Below, one piece after another: positions 1 through 13,685 of a DNA stretch of 62,609 nt. The stretch is taken from NCBI GenBank assembly GCA_049589475.1, contig JBAWAV010000538.1:1-62609 (forward strand), given 5' to 3'. A program made the position numbers and the translations under genes. The first letter of the stretch is position 1. Each line of letters begins with the position of its first letter. A model generated the notes under the pieces. The model made no database searches, was not told the origin of the DNA, and saw nothing but the letters and a program-made list of their open reading frames with translations. The stretch is from Mycobacterium sp. GTDB taxonomy: Bacteria; Actinomycetota; Actinomycetes; Mycobacteriales; Mycobacteriaceae.

Positions 1-323
1 CCCAAGCCGCGGCGCTGTTCCGGACGGCCGACGATCGCCGCCATGCGGTGGACGCCGCCGCCACCGCCGACCGGCTCGCGGCGGCCTGCGGCGACGTGCA
101 CACGCCGGCTCTGGAGATGGCGTCGCAACCGTTGCCGTTGAGCCCCCGGGAACGCGAGATCGCCGGCTTCGTCGCGCAGGGGCTGAGCAACCGCGACATC
201 GCCGACCGGCTCGTCGTCTCGACCCGCACCGTCGAGGGCCACATCTACCGTGCTTGCATCAAGCTCGACGTCACCGATCGGGAGGGACTGGCGCTGGTCA
301 TCCGCCGGGGCCGCGGCGACTGA
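1..323 (+). CDS. LuxR-family transcriptional regulator, C-terminal part (5' end outside window)
   Basis: [43 protein letters not shown] is a LuxR HTH; frame is open back to the window start. Confidence 0.85.
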   Translation, partial: QAAALFRTADDRRHAVDAAATADRLAAACGDVHTPALEMASQPLPLSPREREIAGFVAQGLSNRDIADRLVVSTRTVEGHIYRACIKLDVTDREGLALVIRRGRGD

Positions 324-408
324 GACGTCGGTAAACGTCTCACGCCGTCGCAAGTATTCTGTTGGTCGACTATTACTGACCAGTACCTCCCGGACCGAGA
401 GAGCAACA

Positions 409-2720
<2,312 letters not shown>

Positions 2721-2727
2721 TTCGCGG

Positions 2728-3879
2728 GTGAGCCTCGCCCGCCGCGCACTGATGGCTGCCGCGGTGACATGTCTGTCAGTCTGCCAAGGGTTTTCGCTCG
2801 CCTACGCCGATCCGCCGGCCCCGATGCCGCAGCCCGTCCTGCCGCCGCTGGCGCCCGGTGAGGTGATCCGGATCGGCCCGACCGCCGGCACCGGTACGCC
2901 CACCGGCGATTACGGCATCGGTGCCACCGACCTGTGCGTGTTCATCGAATTCCCGACCGAGGTCGAACAGGTCTGCGGCGACAGCTTCGCGGGCCAGGGT
3001 GTCGGGTTCGGTGGCTACTACTCGCCGATCGCCTTGCGGGTCGACACGTCGTCGGTCGACGATCCGGACGGCGTGAAATACACCGGGGTCACCGGCGTCA
3101 CCGAGCCGCTGCTGGCCGACCCGACGCCGTCCGGCGATTCGCAGCTACCTGCCGGCGTCGTGCAGATCAACCGGCAGAACTACCTGCTGGTCACCACCAC
3201 CGAAGACCTGGTGCCGCAGAGTTCTCGTCTCGTCAAAGCCGAACCGACACATGGCCTTTGGCAGACTGTTCCGGGTTCGGTGCGCGATGGTGACTACGCG
3301 GACGGCCAGCAGTCGCAGGTCAGTGGTTACTACGATCCGATTCCCACCGCGCAGTCGCAGAGCGGCTGGGTCTACATCGTCGCCGACAACTTCGACCGCA
3401 GCCAGCCGGCGGTGCTCTACCGGGTCACGCCGGAGAATTTCGGTGACCGCTCCCGGTGGCAGGGCTGGGCGTCGGGACCCGACGGGGGCTGGGGCAGGAC
3501 ACCAACGCCGTTGTGGGGCGACCAGATCGGCGAGATCAGCTTCACCCAGATCGACGGCAAAGCGGTGCTGTCGTACTTCGACGCCAGCACCGGCGACATG
3601 GAAGTACGGGTGGCCGACGACCCGACCTCGCTGGCCAGCGCGCCGGTGACCACGGTGGTCCGGCACGACGAATGGCCCGAGCCCGCCGAAAGCCTGCCGC
3701 CGCCGCACGACAACCGGCTGGCCCAGCCGTACGGGGGCTACATATCGCCGGGTTCGACGCTGGACGAGTTGCGGGTGTTCGTCAGCCAGTGGCACAACAG
3801 CGACCCGCAAGCGCGGGCTCCATACCGGGTGATTCAGTTCGCGGTGAACCCGTTCAAGCCAGAGGCGCTGGGCAGCTAA
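2728..3879 (+). CDS. secreted DUF4185-like protein (Rv3707c-like)
   Basis: Signal peptide ending AYA-DP; IGATDL, GDSF and QPYGGYI motifs; position after asd. Confidence 0.8.
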   Translation: MSLARRALMAAAVTCLSVCQGFSLAYADPPAPMPQPVLPPLAPGEVIRIGPTAGTGTPTGDYGIGATDLCVFIEFPTEVEQVCGDSFAGQGVGFGGYYSPIALRVDTSSVDDPDGVKYTGVTGVTEPLLADPTPSGDSQLPAGVVQINRQNYLLVTTTEDLVPQSSRLVKAEPTHGLWQTVPGSVRDGDYADGQQSQVSGYYDPIPTAQSQSGWVYIVADNFDRSQPAVLYRVTPENFGDRSRWQGWASGPDGGWGRTPTPLWGDQIGEISFTQIDGKAVLSYFDASTGDMEVRVADDPTSLASAPVTTVVRHDEWPEPAESLPPPHDNRLAQPYGGYISPGSTLDELRVFVSQWHNSDPQARAPYRVIQFAVNPFKPEALGS

Positions 3880-3962
3880 CGGCTCTCAGCGGCATTTCTT
3901 CATAGGTGTTTCATAAGTTGCACCCAGCGCACCCTGGCCGTTGGGCCCGCATCATCTCAGGT

Positions 3963-4331
3963 ATGAGCGAAACACCAGAAATCCCAACCAGGCCGACCAC
4001 CGTCGCCACTGAGCCGGCGACCGTGGTTGAAAAACCCTACTGGCTCTACCGATTCGCGGCTTGGGTCGTGATCGTCGCCGGCATCGTGTTCATCGTCACG
4101 ACCGTCTTTTTCGCCGGCTTCAAGGTCGCGCACCTCGGCCATCACGGCAGCCATCACCACGGCATGCACCACCTGCACTCCATGGGCCAAGGCGGCCCCG
4201 GGGGCCCGGGAGGCCCGCAAGGCCCGCACCACCACGGTGAAGGGGCGGCGCTCCACGGTGGTTTCGGCGGTCCCGGACCGTCGCACCTGCCGGAGTCCGT
4301 TGCTCCGTCTCTTGCACCAGCAAATCCGTAA
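3963..4331 (+). CDS. Pro/His/Gly-rich single-pass membrane protein (Rv3706c-like)
   Basis: LYRFAAWVVIVAGIVFIV TM segment followed by His-rich tail. Confidence 0.8.
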   Translation: MSETPEIPTRPTTVATEPATVVEKPYWLYRFAAWVVIVAGIVFIVTTVFFAGFKVAHLGHHGSHHHGMHHLHSMGQGGPGGPGGPQGPHHHGEGAALHGGFGGPGPSHLPESVAPSLAPANP

Positions 4332-4390
4332 TCTGTTCTGAAGCAATGGCGTTCATCAATCGCTGAGCCGCAGAACAGCGTTACTGCCAT

Positions 4391-4422
4391 GAGCCCGGCG
4401 TCCCGAGGGGGGCGCCGGGCTC
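4391..4422. terminator. GC-rich hairpin, putative terminator
   Basis: gagcccggcgtccc / gggcgccgggctc inverted repeat downstream of 3963..4331. Confidence 0.55.
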
Positions 4423-4505
4423 CGACGTTCAGGCGTCGGTTCACCGGTTGTGCAGCCAGGACGGACGCCTCGCGGTCGGTGCTGACCTGAGGCATTATGC
4501 GAGGT

Positions 4506-4679
4506 ATGAGCGAGACTCACGAGCCGTCGACCCCGTCGCCGGGCGCGCCGCCGCCCGTCATCGCACCGGCGCCCGATTCCGAGCGGCTTTACCAGTTGGC
4601 CGCCTGGGTGGCGATCATCGCGGGGATCACGCTCATCCTGGTGGTCAGCTTGAAGTTCGCCTGGGTGTTCTGGTCGTAG
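4506..4679 (+). CDS. small membrane protein, short paralogue of the Rv3706c/Rv3705A family
   Basis: LYQLAAWVAIIAGI motif shared with both neighbours; 57 aa. Confidence 0.7.
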   Translation: MSETHEPSTPSPGAPPPVIAPAPDSERLYQLAAWVAIIAGITLILVVSLKFAWVFWS

Positions 4680-4742
4680 GACGGCCGCGACTCGCGAGCG
4701 CGGTTGGTTGATGGCCGGGGCGCGCCTCGGCATGATCAAGTC

Positions 4743-5129
4743 ATGACCCAAGCACCGGAACCCCAGTCGCCTCCCGGCCCACCCCCTCGGCCGCAACCGC
4801 TCGCGGCACAGCACCACAGGCTCTATCAGGTCGCGGCGTGGGTCGTGATCGTCGCCGGGATCGTTTTCGTGGTCGCGGTCGTGTTCTTCTCCGGCGCCAT
4901 GCTCGCCGGCGAGGCTCACCCATTCCGCCACCACCACCATCACGGCATGTCCGGCCCCGACGGTTCCGGCGACCCCGACGGTCCGCCCGGGTGGCCAGGG
5001 CCGTGGGGCCCGGGGATGGGTCCGGGATGGCCGGGGCCGTGGGGCCCGGGGATGGGTCCCGGAGGTCCGGGTGGCCACGGGGGTCACGGCGGCGGCCCCG
5101 ACGAGCCGCCTCCGCCGCCGAGCCCGTAG
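4743..5129 (+). CDS. Pro/His/Gly-rich membrane protein (Rv3705A-like)
   Basis: LYQVAAWVVIVAGIVF TM, HHHHH run, GWPGPWGPGMGP repeat. Confidence 0.8.
   Translation: MTQAPEPQSPPGPPPRPQPLAAQHHRLYQVAAWVVIVAGIVFVVAVVFFSGAMLAGEAHPFRHHHHHGMSGPDGSGDPDGPPGWPGPWGPGMGPGWPGPWGPGMGPGGPGGHGGHGGGPDEPPPPPSP
4989..5060 (+). repeat. 36-bp in-frame tandem repeat x2 (GWPGPWGPGMGP)
   Basis: 4989-5024 and 5025-5060 near identical, differing only at synonymous sites. Confidence 0.9.
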
Positions 5130-5180
5130 AAACATTCCGATCCTTCTGTTTACGGTGCTCAGTTGGCAGAATCGAGCGCC

Positions 5181-5837
5181 ATGACCATGGGCCGGCGTAG
5201 TCGGATCGGCGCGGGGATCGTCAGCGCCGTCGTGGCCGCATCCGTCGCCCCGTCGGCGGCGGCCCGGCCGTCGGACCCCGGCGTGGTGAGCTACGCGGTG
5301 CTGGGCAAGGGATCTGTGGGCAACATCGTCGGCGGGCCGATGCGCGACGAGTCGCCGTTCACCCAGCCGGCGCAGAATTACTTCGTCGACAATCCGGTCT
5401 GCAACAACTGGGCCGACATCGGGTTGCCGGAGGTCTACAACGATCCCGACCTGGCGTCGTTCAACGGTGCCAGCGCCCGGACCTCGCCGACCGACCAGAC
5501 GCATTTCGTCAAGCAAGCGGTCGGCGTCTTCGCCACCGCGGACGCTGCCGGCGCCGCCTTCCATCGCGTCGTGGACCGCACGGTGGGCTGCGCCGGGCAG
5601 ACGACCGTGATGCACTTGGATACCGGGATCACGCAGGTGTGGTCATTCGACGGCGGTCCGGCGGGCGCCGCCGACGCGGCGTGGACCAAGCAGGAGGCCG
5701 GGACCGACCGCCGATGTTTCACCCAGACCCGTCTGCGGGAAAACGTGCTGCTGCAAGCCAAAGTCTGTCAGTCCGGCAACGGCGGTCCGGCGGTGAATGT
5801 GCTGGCCGGTGCCATGCAGAACGCACTGGGGCAATAG
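5181..5837 (+). CDS. secreted PknH-like extracellular sensor-domain protein (Rv3705c-like)
   Basis: Signal peptide, four Cys, QAVGVF and RENVLLQAKVC pattern; synteny. Confidence 0.8.
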   Translation: MTMGRRSRIGAGIVSAVVAASVAPSAAARPSDPGVVSYAVLGKGSVGNIVGGPMRDESPFTQPAQNYFVDNPVCNNWADIGLPEVYNDPDLASFNGASARTSPTDQTHFVKQAVGVFATADAAGAAFHRVVDRTVGCAGQTTVMHLDTGITQVWSFDGGPAGAADAAWTKQEAGTDRRCFTQTRLRENVLLQAKVCQSGNGGPAVNVLAGAMQNALGQ

Positions 5838-5970
5838 ACACCCCGGGGCGGCGGGAATATGTCGGTGCCTTCTGGAAGATGGAATCTTGTGACTATCGTT
5901 GGCTAGCCGCGCGCAACCAGCGGGCTCGATCTCTCGGGACCGCCGGCTTTGGTGCCGAAGGGATCGGAAT

Positions 5971-7248
5971 ATGGCGTTTGCCGTCGCGTCGCAGTCCGAT
6001 TCCGCGTGTCTGGCGGACGGCGAACTGACCAGCGCATCGGCCGCGGCGCAGAGCATCAGCGAACACTGCCTGTCCGACGGCCCGGTCGGGCGGGTCGGCC
6101 TGGAAATCGAAGCGCACTGCTACGACCCCGGCGATCCGCACCGCAGACCGTCCTGGGATGAGATTTCCGACGTCCTGGCATCGATTCCGTCGATGCCGGG
6201 TGGCAGCATCGTCACCGTCGAACCCGGCGGCGCGGTCGAGCTCTCCGGCCCGCCGGCAGGCGCCGTCACATCGGCGATCGACGCGATCACCGACGACCAG
6301 GCCGTACTCGGCAGCGCCTTCGCCGCCGCCGGCCTCGGCCTGGTGTTGCTGGGTGCTGATCCGCTGCGGCCGGCCAAGCGCATCAACCCGGGTGCGCGGT
6401 ATCAGGCCATGGAACATTTCTTCACGGCCAGCAACACCGGCGTCGCCGGTGCGGCGATGATGACGTCGACCGCGTCCGTTCAGGTCAATGTCGATGCCGG
6501 GCCGCGCGACGGATGGACGGACCGAGTCCGGCTGGCGCATGCGCTCGGGCCGACCATGGTGGCGATCGCGGCCAATTCACCGCTGCTGAGCGGGAAGTTC
6601 TCCGGCTGGCGTTCGACGCGCCAGCGGGTCTGGAGTCAACTCGACTCGGCCCGGTGCGGGCCGATCCTGACCGCGAGCGGCGAGGATCCCGGGATCGACT
6701 GGGCCCGCTACGCGCTCAAGGCGCCGGTGATGCTGGTGAACAACCCGGAGGCGGTCCCGGTGACCCGCCGCGTGCCGTTCGCGGACTGGGCGGACGGCCG
6801 CGAGATGCTCGGCGGTCGGCCGCCGACCCGCTCCGACCTCGAATACCACCTGACCACGCTGTTCCCGCCGGTACGTCCACGGCAATGGCTGGAGATCCGC
6901 TACCTGGACAGTGTTCCGAACGCGATCTGGCCCGCAGTGGTCTTCACGTTGGTGACGCTGCTCGACGACCCCGTTGCCGCCGCGCTGGCGGCCGACGCCG
7001 TCGAACCGGTCGCCACCGCCTGGGACGCCGCCGCCCGGGTCGGGCTCAACGATCCGCGGATCTACGCGGCGGCCAACAGGTGCGTGGCCATCGCCGCCGA
7101 ACGGGCGCCGGCCGGGCTCGCCGAAGCGATGCAACGGCTGGCCGACGCGGTGGAACTGGGGCGCTGTCCCGCCGACGACGTTGCCGACCAAGTGGTCGAG
7201 AACGGCATCGCGGCGACGGTCACCCAGCTGGCACTAGGGCAGTTGTGA
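5971..7248 (+). CDS. egtA: ergothioneine biosynthesis glutamate--cysteine ligase
   Basis: [34 protein letters not shown]; first gene of coupled egt operon. Confidence 0.95.
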   Translation: MAFAVASQSDSACLADGELTSASAAAQSISEHCLSDGPVGRVGLEIEAHCYDPGDPHRRPSWDEISDVLASIPSMPGGSIVTVEPGGAVELSGPPAGAVTSAIDAITDDQAVLGSAFAAAGLGLVLLGADPLRPAKRINPGARYQAMEHFFTASNTGVAGAAMMTSTASVQVNVDAGPRDGWTDRVRLAHALGPTMVAIAANSPLLSGKFSGWRSTRQRVWSQLDSARCGPILTASGEDPGIDWARYALKAPVMLVNNPEAVPVTRRVPFADWADGREMLGGRPPTRSDLEYHLTTLFPPVRPRQWLEIRYLDSVPNAIWPAVVFTLVTLLDDPVAAALAADAVEPVATAWDAAARVGLNDPRIYAAANRCVAIAAERAPAGLAEAMQRLADAVELGRCPADDVADQVVENGIAATVTQLALGQL

Positions 7249-8549
7249 CATCACGCGAGGCACTGGTCAGAGATCTGCACCGGGCCCGAGAGCGAACCCT
7301 GCGACTGGTGGATTTCGATGACGCCGAACTCCACCGCCAATACGACCCGTTGATGAGCCCGCTGGTTTGGGATCTGGCGCACATCGGTCAGCAGGAGGAA
7401 CTGTGGCTGTTGCGCGACGGCGACCCGGATCGGCCGGGGATCTTGGACGGCGCCGTCGAGAGTCTCTACGACGCCTTCGTGCATCCCCGGGCCAGCCGCG
7501 TCGAGCTACCGCTGTTGTCACCGGAGCAGGCGCGGGTCTACTGCCAGACCGTCCGCTCGGCCTCGCTGGATGCGCTCGACACGCTGCCGGACGAACCCGA
7601 CCGCAACTTCGTCTACGGGTTGGTGGTCAGCCACGAGAACCAGCACGACGAGACGATGCTGCAGGCACTGAATCTGCGCAGCGGGCCGGCGCTGCTGCCC
7701 GACACCCACCGGCTGCCGGCGGGCCGGGCCGGTCTGGCCGGCACATCCGTTCTGGTGCCCGGGGGCCCGTTCGTCCTCGGTGTCGACGCGACCGACGAGC
7801 CGTTCTCGCTGGACAATGAACGCCCGGCCCACGTCGCCGACGTCGCCGCGTTTCGAATCGGGCGGGTCCCGGTCACCAACGGCGAATGGCGGCAGTTCAT
7901 CGACGACGGTGGCTACGCGCAACCGCGATGGTGGTCGGCCCGCGGCTGGGAACACCGGCGCAGGGCGGACCTGACCGCGCCACAGTTCTGGCACGCCGAC
8001 GGCCAGACCCGCACCCGGTTCGGCCACGTCGAAGACATTCCCGCCGACGAACCCGTCCAACACGTCAGCTTCTTCGAGGCCGAGGCCTACGCCGCGTGGG
8101 CCGGCGCCCGGCTACCCACCGAACGCGAATGGGAGAAGGCCTGCGCGTGGGACCCGCAGCTCACGGCCCGGCGTCGCTATCCGTGGGGCACCGACGAGCC
8201 GTCCACGGCCCGCGCCAACCTCGGGGGCGACGCGCTGCGCCCGGCTCCGGTCGGTGCTTACCCGCGGGGCGCGTCGGCCTACGGCGTCGAGCAGATGCTC
8301 GGCGACGTCTGGGAATGGACCAGCTCGGATCTGGAGCCGTGGCCGGGCTTCAGCCCGATGATTTACCGCCAGTACTCTGAGCCGTTTTTCGGCGGGGACT
8401 ACCGGGTGCTGCGCGGCGGGTCGTGGGCAGTGGAGTCGGCCATCCTGCGGCCCAGTTTCCGGAACTGGGACCACCCCTTTCGGCGGCAGATCTTCTCCGG
8501 TGTCCGGTTGGCGTGGTCCGTCGACAACGATGGGGAGGGCCGCCGCTGA
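7245..8549 (+). CDS. egtB: ergothioneine sulfoxide synthase (DinB + FGE-sulfatase domains)
   Basis: GTGA overlap; [36 protein letters not shown]. Confidence 0.95.
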   Translation: MTSREALVRDLHRARERTLRLVDFDDAELHRQYDPLMSPLVWDLAHIGQQEELWLLRDGDPDRPGILDGAVESLYDAFVHPRASRVELPLLSPEQARVYCQTVRSASLDALDTLPDEPDRNFVYGLVVSHENQHDETMLQALNLRSGPALLPDTHRLPAGRAGLAGTSVLVPGGPFVLGVDATDEPFSLDNERPAHVADVAAFRIGRVPVTNGEWRQFIDDGGYAQPRWWSARGWEHRRRADLTAPQFWHADGQTRTRFGHVEDIPADEPVQHVSFFEAEAYAAWAGARLPTEREWEKACAWDPQLTARRRYPWGTDEPSTARANLGGDALRPAPVGAYPRGASAYGVEQMLGDVWEWTSSDLEPWPGFSPMIYRQYSEPFFGGDYRVLRGGSWAVESAILRPSFRNWDHPFRRQIFSGVRLAWSVDNDGEGRR

Positions 8550-9247
8550 TGTGCCGACATCTCGGTTGGCTGGGCCACGAAACCTCGGCTTCCGCATTGG
8601 TGCTCGACCCGCCGCACGGCCTTCGGGTGCAGTCGTACGCTCCGCGCCGGCAGAAGCACGGCCTGATGAACGCCGACGGTTGGGGTGTCGGCTTCTTCGA
8701 CGGCACCACTCCCCGGCGGTGGCGCAGCGCCTCGCCGCTCTGGGGGGATGTCTCCTTCGATTCCGTGGCGCCGGCACTGCGCAGCCACTGCGTGGTGGCA
8801 GCGGTGCGCTCGGCGACGGTCGGCATGCCGATCGAGGCCAGCGCGACGGCGCCGTTCACCGACGGGCAGTGGCTGTTGTCGCACAACGGCATTGTCGACC
8901 GCGACGTGCTGCCGGCTCCCTCGACAGCCGAATCGACCTGCGACAGTGCGATTCTCGCTGCGTTGATCTTCGAACGCGGCCTCGATGCTTTGGGCGAGAC
9001 GATCGCCGAAGTGGGAGCCGATGATCCGAATGCGCGGCTGAACATCATGGCGGCCAACGGATCCCGGCTCCTCGCGACCACCTGGGGCGACACCCTGTCG
9101 ATACTGCGCCGGGATGACGGCGTGGTGCTGGCCAGCGAGCCGTATGACGACCAGCCGGGTTGGCAGGACGTCCCCGACCGCCATCTCGTCGAAGTGTCTG
9201 CCGAGCACGTCACGTTCACCACGCTGAATTCAACGAAGGGACATTGA
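8549..9247 (+). CDS. egtC: gamma-glutamyl-hercynylcysteine sulfoxide hydrolase (Ntn amidotransferase fold)
   Basis: MCRH start, [12 protein letters not shown]. Confidence 0.95.
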   Translation: MCRHLGWLGHETSASALVLDPPHGLRVQSYAPRRQKHGLMNADGWGVGFFDGTTPRRWRSASPLWGDVSFDSVAPALRSHCVVAAVRSATVGMPIEASATAPFTDGQWLLSHNGIVDRDVLPAPSTAESTCDSAILAALIFERGLDALGETIAEVGADDPNARLNIMAANGSRLLATTWGDTLSILRRDDGVVLASEPYDDQPGWQDVPDRHLVEVSAEHVTFTTLNSTKGH

Positions 9248-10212
9248 TGACACTGACGTTGTCGAACCATCTGGCCGCCGACTCGGCATACGAGGCGCTG
9301 TGTCGTGATGTGCGCGACGGACTGCAGAGTTCACCGAAATCCCTGCCGCCCAAGTGGTTCTACGATTCGGTCGGCAGCGATCTGTTCGACCAGATCACCC
9401 GGCTGCCGGAGTATTATCCGACCCGCGCAGAGGCGGAGATCCTGCACGCCCGCTCGGCGGAGATCGCGACCGTCACCTGCGCCGACACTCTGGTCGAACT
9501 CGGCAGCGGGACATCGGAAAAGACCAGGCTGCTGTTGGACGCACTGCACCAGGCCGGTTCGCTGCGCAGGTTCGTACCGTTCGACGTCGACGCCAGCATC
9601 CTGTCTCAGGCTGCGACCGCCATCCAGCACGAGTATCCCGGTATCGAAATCGCAGCCGTCTGCGGTGATTTCGAGAAGCATCTGGCCAAGATCCCGGGCG
9701 GCGGGCGGCGGCTGTTCGTGTTCCTGGGCTCGACGATCGGCAACCTGGAGACCGGCGTGCGGTCGGAGTTCCTCGCCGGGCTGGCGTCGGCGCTCCAGCC
9801 GGGCGACAGTCTGCTGCTGGGCACCGACCTGGTCAAAGACGTCGGCCGGCTCGTCCGCGCGTACGACGATGCCGCTGGAGTGACGGCGCAGTTCAACCGC
9901 AACGTGCTCGAGGTCGTCAACCGGGAACTCGACGCGGACTTTAACGTCGGGGCTTTCCGGCACGTCGCCGCCTGGAACAGCGATGAAGAACGTATGGAGA
10001 TGTCGCTTCAGGTCGACCTACCGCAAAAGGTGTGCATCCGTGCATTGGACCTCGCCGTCGAGTTCGGCGCCGGGGAACAGCTGCTGACCGAAGTGTCCTG
10101 CAAGTTCCGGGCCGAGGGGGTGGCCGCCGAGCTGGCTCAGGCTGGGCTGCGCCGTACCCGGTGGTGGACCGATGCCGCGGGTGACTTCGGGTTGTCGTTG
10201 TCGGTCAAATGA
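9247..10212 (+). CDS. egtD: L-histidine N-alpha-trimethyltransferase
   Basis: [34 protein letters not shown]. Confidence 0.96.
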   Translation: MTLTLSNHLAADSAYEALCRDVRDGLQSSPKSLPPKWFYDSVGSDLFDQITRLPEYYPTRAEAEILHARSAEIATVTCADTLVELGSGTSEKTRLLLDALHQAGSLRRFVPFDVDASILSQAATAIQHEYPGIEIAAVCGDFEKHLAKIPGGGRRLFVFLGSTIGNLETGVRSEFLAGLASALQPGDSLLLGTDLVKDVGRLVRAYDDAAGVTAQFNRNVLEVVNRELDADFNVGAFRHVAAWNSDEERMEMSLQVDLPQKVCIRALDLAVEFGAGEQLLTEVSCKFRAEGVAAELAQAGLRRTRWWTDAAGDFGLSLSVK

Positions 10213-11348
10213 CCGCAAGCCTGGCTGCGCTCTGGCGGGCCGCCAGGCCGCAGGTCGTCGGGCTGCACCTGGACAGCGCGGCCTGCTCGCGGCAGAGCTA
10301 CGCCGTGCAGGACGCCGCGGCACGGCATACACGACACGAGGCCGAGGTCGGCGGCTACGTCGCGGCTGAGGCGGCGGCGCCTGTTCTGGACGCCGGACGC
10401 GCCGCCGTGGCCGCGCTCGCCGGCATGTGCGACGCGGAGGTGGTGTTCACCACCGGATCGCAGCATGCCCTCGATCTACTGCTGTCCAGTTGGCCGCCCG
10501 GCGAGCGGACGCTGGCCTGCCTGCCCGGTGAATACGGACCGAATCTGGCGCGGATGGCCGCACACGGCTTCAGCCGCCAGACGCTGCCGACCGACAGTGA
10601 GGGGCGGGTCGTGGTCGAGGAGGCAGCGGCCGGCCTGGCCGCCGACCCGCCTGACCTCGTTCACCTGACACCGGTGGCCAGCCACCGCGGGCTGGTGCAG
10701 CCGCTGGCCGACATGGCACGCGTCTGTCATGAATTGGGGCTGCCGCTTGTGGTCGACGCTGCGCAGGCCCTCGGGCAAGTGGACTGTTCGGTCCGCGGAA
10801 TCGATGCGATCTATGCCTCGTCGCGCAAATGGCTGGCCGGGCCGCGGGGCGTCGGTGTTCTCGTGGTGCGCCCGACCCTGATGCAGCGGCTGCAGCCGCG
10901 ACTGCCACCGCCGGAATGGGTGGGGTCGATGTCAGTGGCTGAGCGACTCGAACTCGGTGAAGCGAATATCGCTGCACGCGTTGGTTTTTCGGTCGCGGTC
11001 GGCGAACACATTGCAGCGGATCCGGGCGTGATGCGCGCTCGGCTGGCGGAGCTCGGCCGTAGCAGCCGGACCGTACTCGCCGACGTCCCCGGATGGCGGG
11101 TGGTCGAACCGGTCGGCGAACCCAGCGCCATCACCACGCTGACGCCCGTCGACGGCGCCGACCCGCAGAAAATTCGGGCGTGGCTGATCGAAGAACGCCG
11201 CATCGTGACCACGGCGGCCGGAATCGAGCGGGCCCCGCTGGAGCTGACCGGGCCGCTGTTGCGGATCTCGCCGCATGTCGACACCACCGCCGACGATCTG
11301 GAGACTTTCGCGGCGGCACTCGCGGAGGCGACCGCCGCGGGGTGCTGA
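10209..11348 (+). CDS. egtE: PLP-dependent C-S lyase of ergothioneine synthesis
   Basis: [28 protein letters not shown] overlap with egtD. Confidence 0.94.
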   Translation: MTASLAALWRAARPQVVGLHLDSAACSRQSYAVQDAAARHTRHEAEVGGYVAAEAAAPVLDAGRAAVAALAGMCDAEVVFTTGSQHALDLLLSSWPPGERTLACLPGEYGPNLARMAAHGFSRQTLPTDSEGRVVVEEAAAGLAADPPDLVHLTPVASHRGLVQPLADMARVCHELGLPLVVDAAQALGQVDCSVRGIDAIYASSRKWLAGPRGVGVLVVRPTLMQRLQPRLPPPEWVGSMSVAERLELGEANIAARVGFSVAVGEHIAADPGVMRARLAELGRSSRTVLADVPGWRVVEPVGEPSAITTLTPVDGADPQKIRAWLIEERRIVTTAAGIERAPLELTGPLLRISPHVDTTADDLETFAAALAEATAAGC

Positions 11349-11351
11349 GGG

Positions 11352-12032
11352 TCAACCGGCCTTGTGCGCGCTGAGCAGATAGGCGGGCAGTTTCATCCGG
11401 CCCTTCTCGTCACGGTCGTGCTCCGGCATCGGAATATCCGAATCCGGCGGCGACGGCGGGATGAAGGCATGAATGAAGGCCGGGCGAATCTCGTCGACGT
11501 GCCAGTGCTTGCTCACCGCGGCACGTAACTCGTCCTCGTCGACTTCGTTGGGCTTCTGGTCCCACTCGGACGGGAACGCGCCCTTGGCGAACACCAGCAC
11601 GAAGTAGTCGGCACCGTCGGCAGCCGCGCGGTGCACCGAGCGCAGGTAATTGTCGCGGCCTTCGACGGGCAGCGAGTGGAACAGCGTGCTGTCGACGATG
11701 GTGTTGAAGCGGCCGTCGTGGCCGCTGAACGTGGTGATGTCGGCCTGCTCGAAGGTGGCACTGCTCAGCCCGCGCTGCTCGGCGGCCTTGGTGGCGGCGG
11801 CGACAGCGGTGGGCGTGAGGTCGACGCCGTGCACGGTGTAGCCCTCGGCGGCCAGCGCCAGCGACAACTCGGCATAGCCGCACCCCGCGTCGAGCACGTC
11901 GCTGCGGAACTTTCCCGCGGCGGCCAGCGCGGCCAAGTCAGGTTGCGGTTCGCCGATGTTCCACGGCGGCGGGCCTTCGAACTCGCCCGCTTGGCGATAC
12001 GCGCTATCCCAGTCCATCACTTCATTTGCCAT
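11352..12032 (-). CDS. class I SAM-dependent methyltransferase (Rv3699-like)
   Basis: PPWNIGEPQP, VLDAGCG, DSTLFH. Confidence 0.9.
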   Translation of the reverse strand: MANEVMDWDSAYRQAGEFEGPPPWNIGEPQPDLAALAAAGKFRSDVLDAGCGYAELSLALAAEGYTVHGVDLTPTAVAAATKAAEQRGLSSATFEQADITTFSGHDGRFNTIVDSTLFHSLPVEGRDNYLRSVHRAAADGADYFVLVFAKGAFPSEWDQKPNEVDEDELRAAVSKHWHVDEIRPAFIHAFIPPSPPDSDIPMPEHDRDEKGRMKLPAYLLSAHKAG

Positions 12033-12042
12033 GTGTTCCAAC

Positions 12043-13521
12043 CTACTCCGGCACTTCCCAGCTGTGGACGGGCTCGTTGCTGTGCATGTGGTCGCAGTAC
12101 CGGCGCAGCATGTCGGCCAGCGCCGCGGGCCGGGTCAGACCGCGTTTTTCCAGCGCTCGCACGGTGGACACCTGCCACGTCGCACCGTTGCGCCCGGCGC
12201 GGGCGCGGCCTTCGATCACGCCGAGCAACCGGTCGCGCACCTCGGCGGCGACACCCCAGCGGTCCAGTCCCTCGAACGCCATCGGCAGCAATTCCTCGAT
12301 CACCAGCTCCTCGGTGCTGACCGTGCCCAGTCCGGGCCAGTACAAGTGCGCTTGCATGCCATGGCGAGCTGACTCGACGAAATTGCGTTGCGCGGCAGCG
12401 AATTCCATCTTCGTCCAGACCGGGCGGTCGTCTTCGGACAGGGTGCGCAGCATGCCGTAGTAGAACGCGGAGTTGGCCAGCATGTCGATCACCGTCGGAC
12501 CGGCGGGCAGCACCCGGTTCTCCACCCGCAGATGCGGCTTGCCGGCGACGACGTCGTACACCGGCCGGTTCCATCGGTACACCGTGCCGTTGTGCAGGCG
12601 CAGCTCGGCCAGATGAGGGGTGCGGCCTGCGGCGAGTTCGGCGGCGGGATCCTCATCGGACACCTCCGGCAACAACGACGGAAAGTAACGCACGTTTTCC
12701 TCGAAGAGATCGAAGATCGACGTGATCCAACGCTCGCCGAACCACACCCGGGGCCACACGCCCTGGGTGATCAGCTCGTCGGGCCGGGTGTCGGTGGACT
12801 GCGCGAACAACTCGATGCGGGTTTCGGCCCACAGTTGATGGCCGAAGAAGAACGGTGAGTTGGCGCCGAGCGCCAACTGTGGGCCGGCCAGCGCCTGAGC
12901 GGCGTTCCAGTTGGCGGCGAAATCGTCCGGCGAGACCTGCAGGTGCAACTGCGTACTGGTGCAGGCGGATTCGGGCGCGATGTCCGCCGAAGTCAGGGCG
13001 AGCGGCTCCGGTCCGTCGATGTCGATGTGAATGTCCTCGCCGCGCGCGTTGAAGATGGATTCGTTGAGCGCGGCGTATCGGGCCGACTGGCTCATCCAGT
13101 CGCTGGCCAGGTGCTCGGGCATCAGCGTCGGCAGGATCCCGATCATCACGATGTGGGCGCCGTCGGCATTGGCCTGGATCTCGGCGGCGTTGAGGCTGGC
13201 CCGCACCTCGTCTTCCAGCTGCACGCTGGTGTGGCCGCTCAACGCCCGGGGCGGCACATTGAATTCAATGTTGTAAGCGCCCAATTCGGTCTGGTATGCC
13301 GGGTCGGCGATGGCGGCCAGCACGTCCTGGTTGGTCATCGCCGGTTGGTAATCGTCGTCTACCAGATTGCATTCGATTTCCATCCCGGTCAGCGGGTGGT
13401 CGATCTCGAAGCTGGACTGGGTAAGCATCGTCTCGAAGACGTCCAGGCACAATTGCACCTTGCGCCGGTACTCCTGCCGGTCGACACGTTCGTAGGTAGT
13501 CCGCTTGACGTCTTCGCCCAC
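12043..13521 (-). CDS. glutamate--cysteine ligase family 2 (GCS2) protein (Rv3698-like)
   Basis: TGMEIE, ESACTSTQLHLQ, HNGTVYRWNR, RVENRVLPAGPT; GTG start at 13521 chosen. Confidence 0.88.
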   Translation of the reverse strand: MGEDVKRTTYERVDRQEYRRKVQLCLDVFETMLTQSSFEIDHPLTGMEIECNLVDDDYQPAMTNQDVLAAIADPAYQTELGAYNIEFNVPPRALSGHTSVQLEDEVRASLNAAEIQANADGAHIVMIGILPTLMPEHLASDWMSQSARYAALNESIFNARGEDIHIDIDGPEPLALTSADIAPESACTSTQLHLQVSPDDFAANWNAAQALAGPQLALGANSPFFFGHQLWAETRIELFAQSTDTRPDELITQGVWPRVWFGERWITSIFDLFEENVRYFPSLLPEVSDEDPAAELAAGRTPHLAELRLHNGTVYRWNRPVYDVVAGKPHLRVENRVLPAGPTVIDMLANSAFYYGMLRTLSEDDRPVWTKMEFAAAQRNFVESARHGMQAHLYWPGLGTVSTEELVIEELLPMAFEGLDRWGVAAEVRDRLLGVIEGRARAGRNGATWQVSTVRALEKRGLTRPAALADMLRRYCDHMHSNEPVHSWEVPE

Positions 13522-13685
13522 TACGCCGATGCAACCTCTTCGCGTCTGCCCGCGCAATAGATTTCCGGCATCAACACCGAGCCGAGGTGGCGTGACCCGG
13601 AACGTGAGATTGACGCATCCGTCGTGACATTGCAACAATCTCAGCCTAGTCTTACGGAATTCACAGCAGAGTCAGGGGATTGCGA

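Noticed and set aside
6513..7244. Apparent N-terminal extension making EgtB 678 aa (likewise DppD 773 aa, TadA 486 aa, SDR 387 aa)
   Set aside because: Extensions are motif-free sequence, mostly alternative frames of the upstream gene; better starts exist at overlaps or family-typical positions, so these are not fusions
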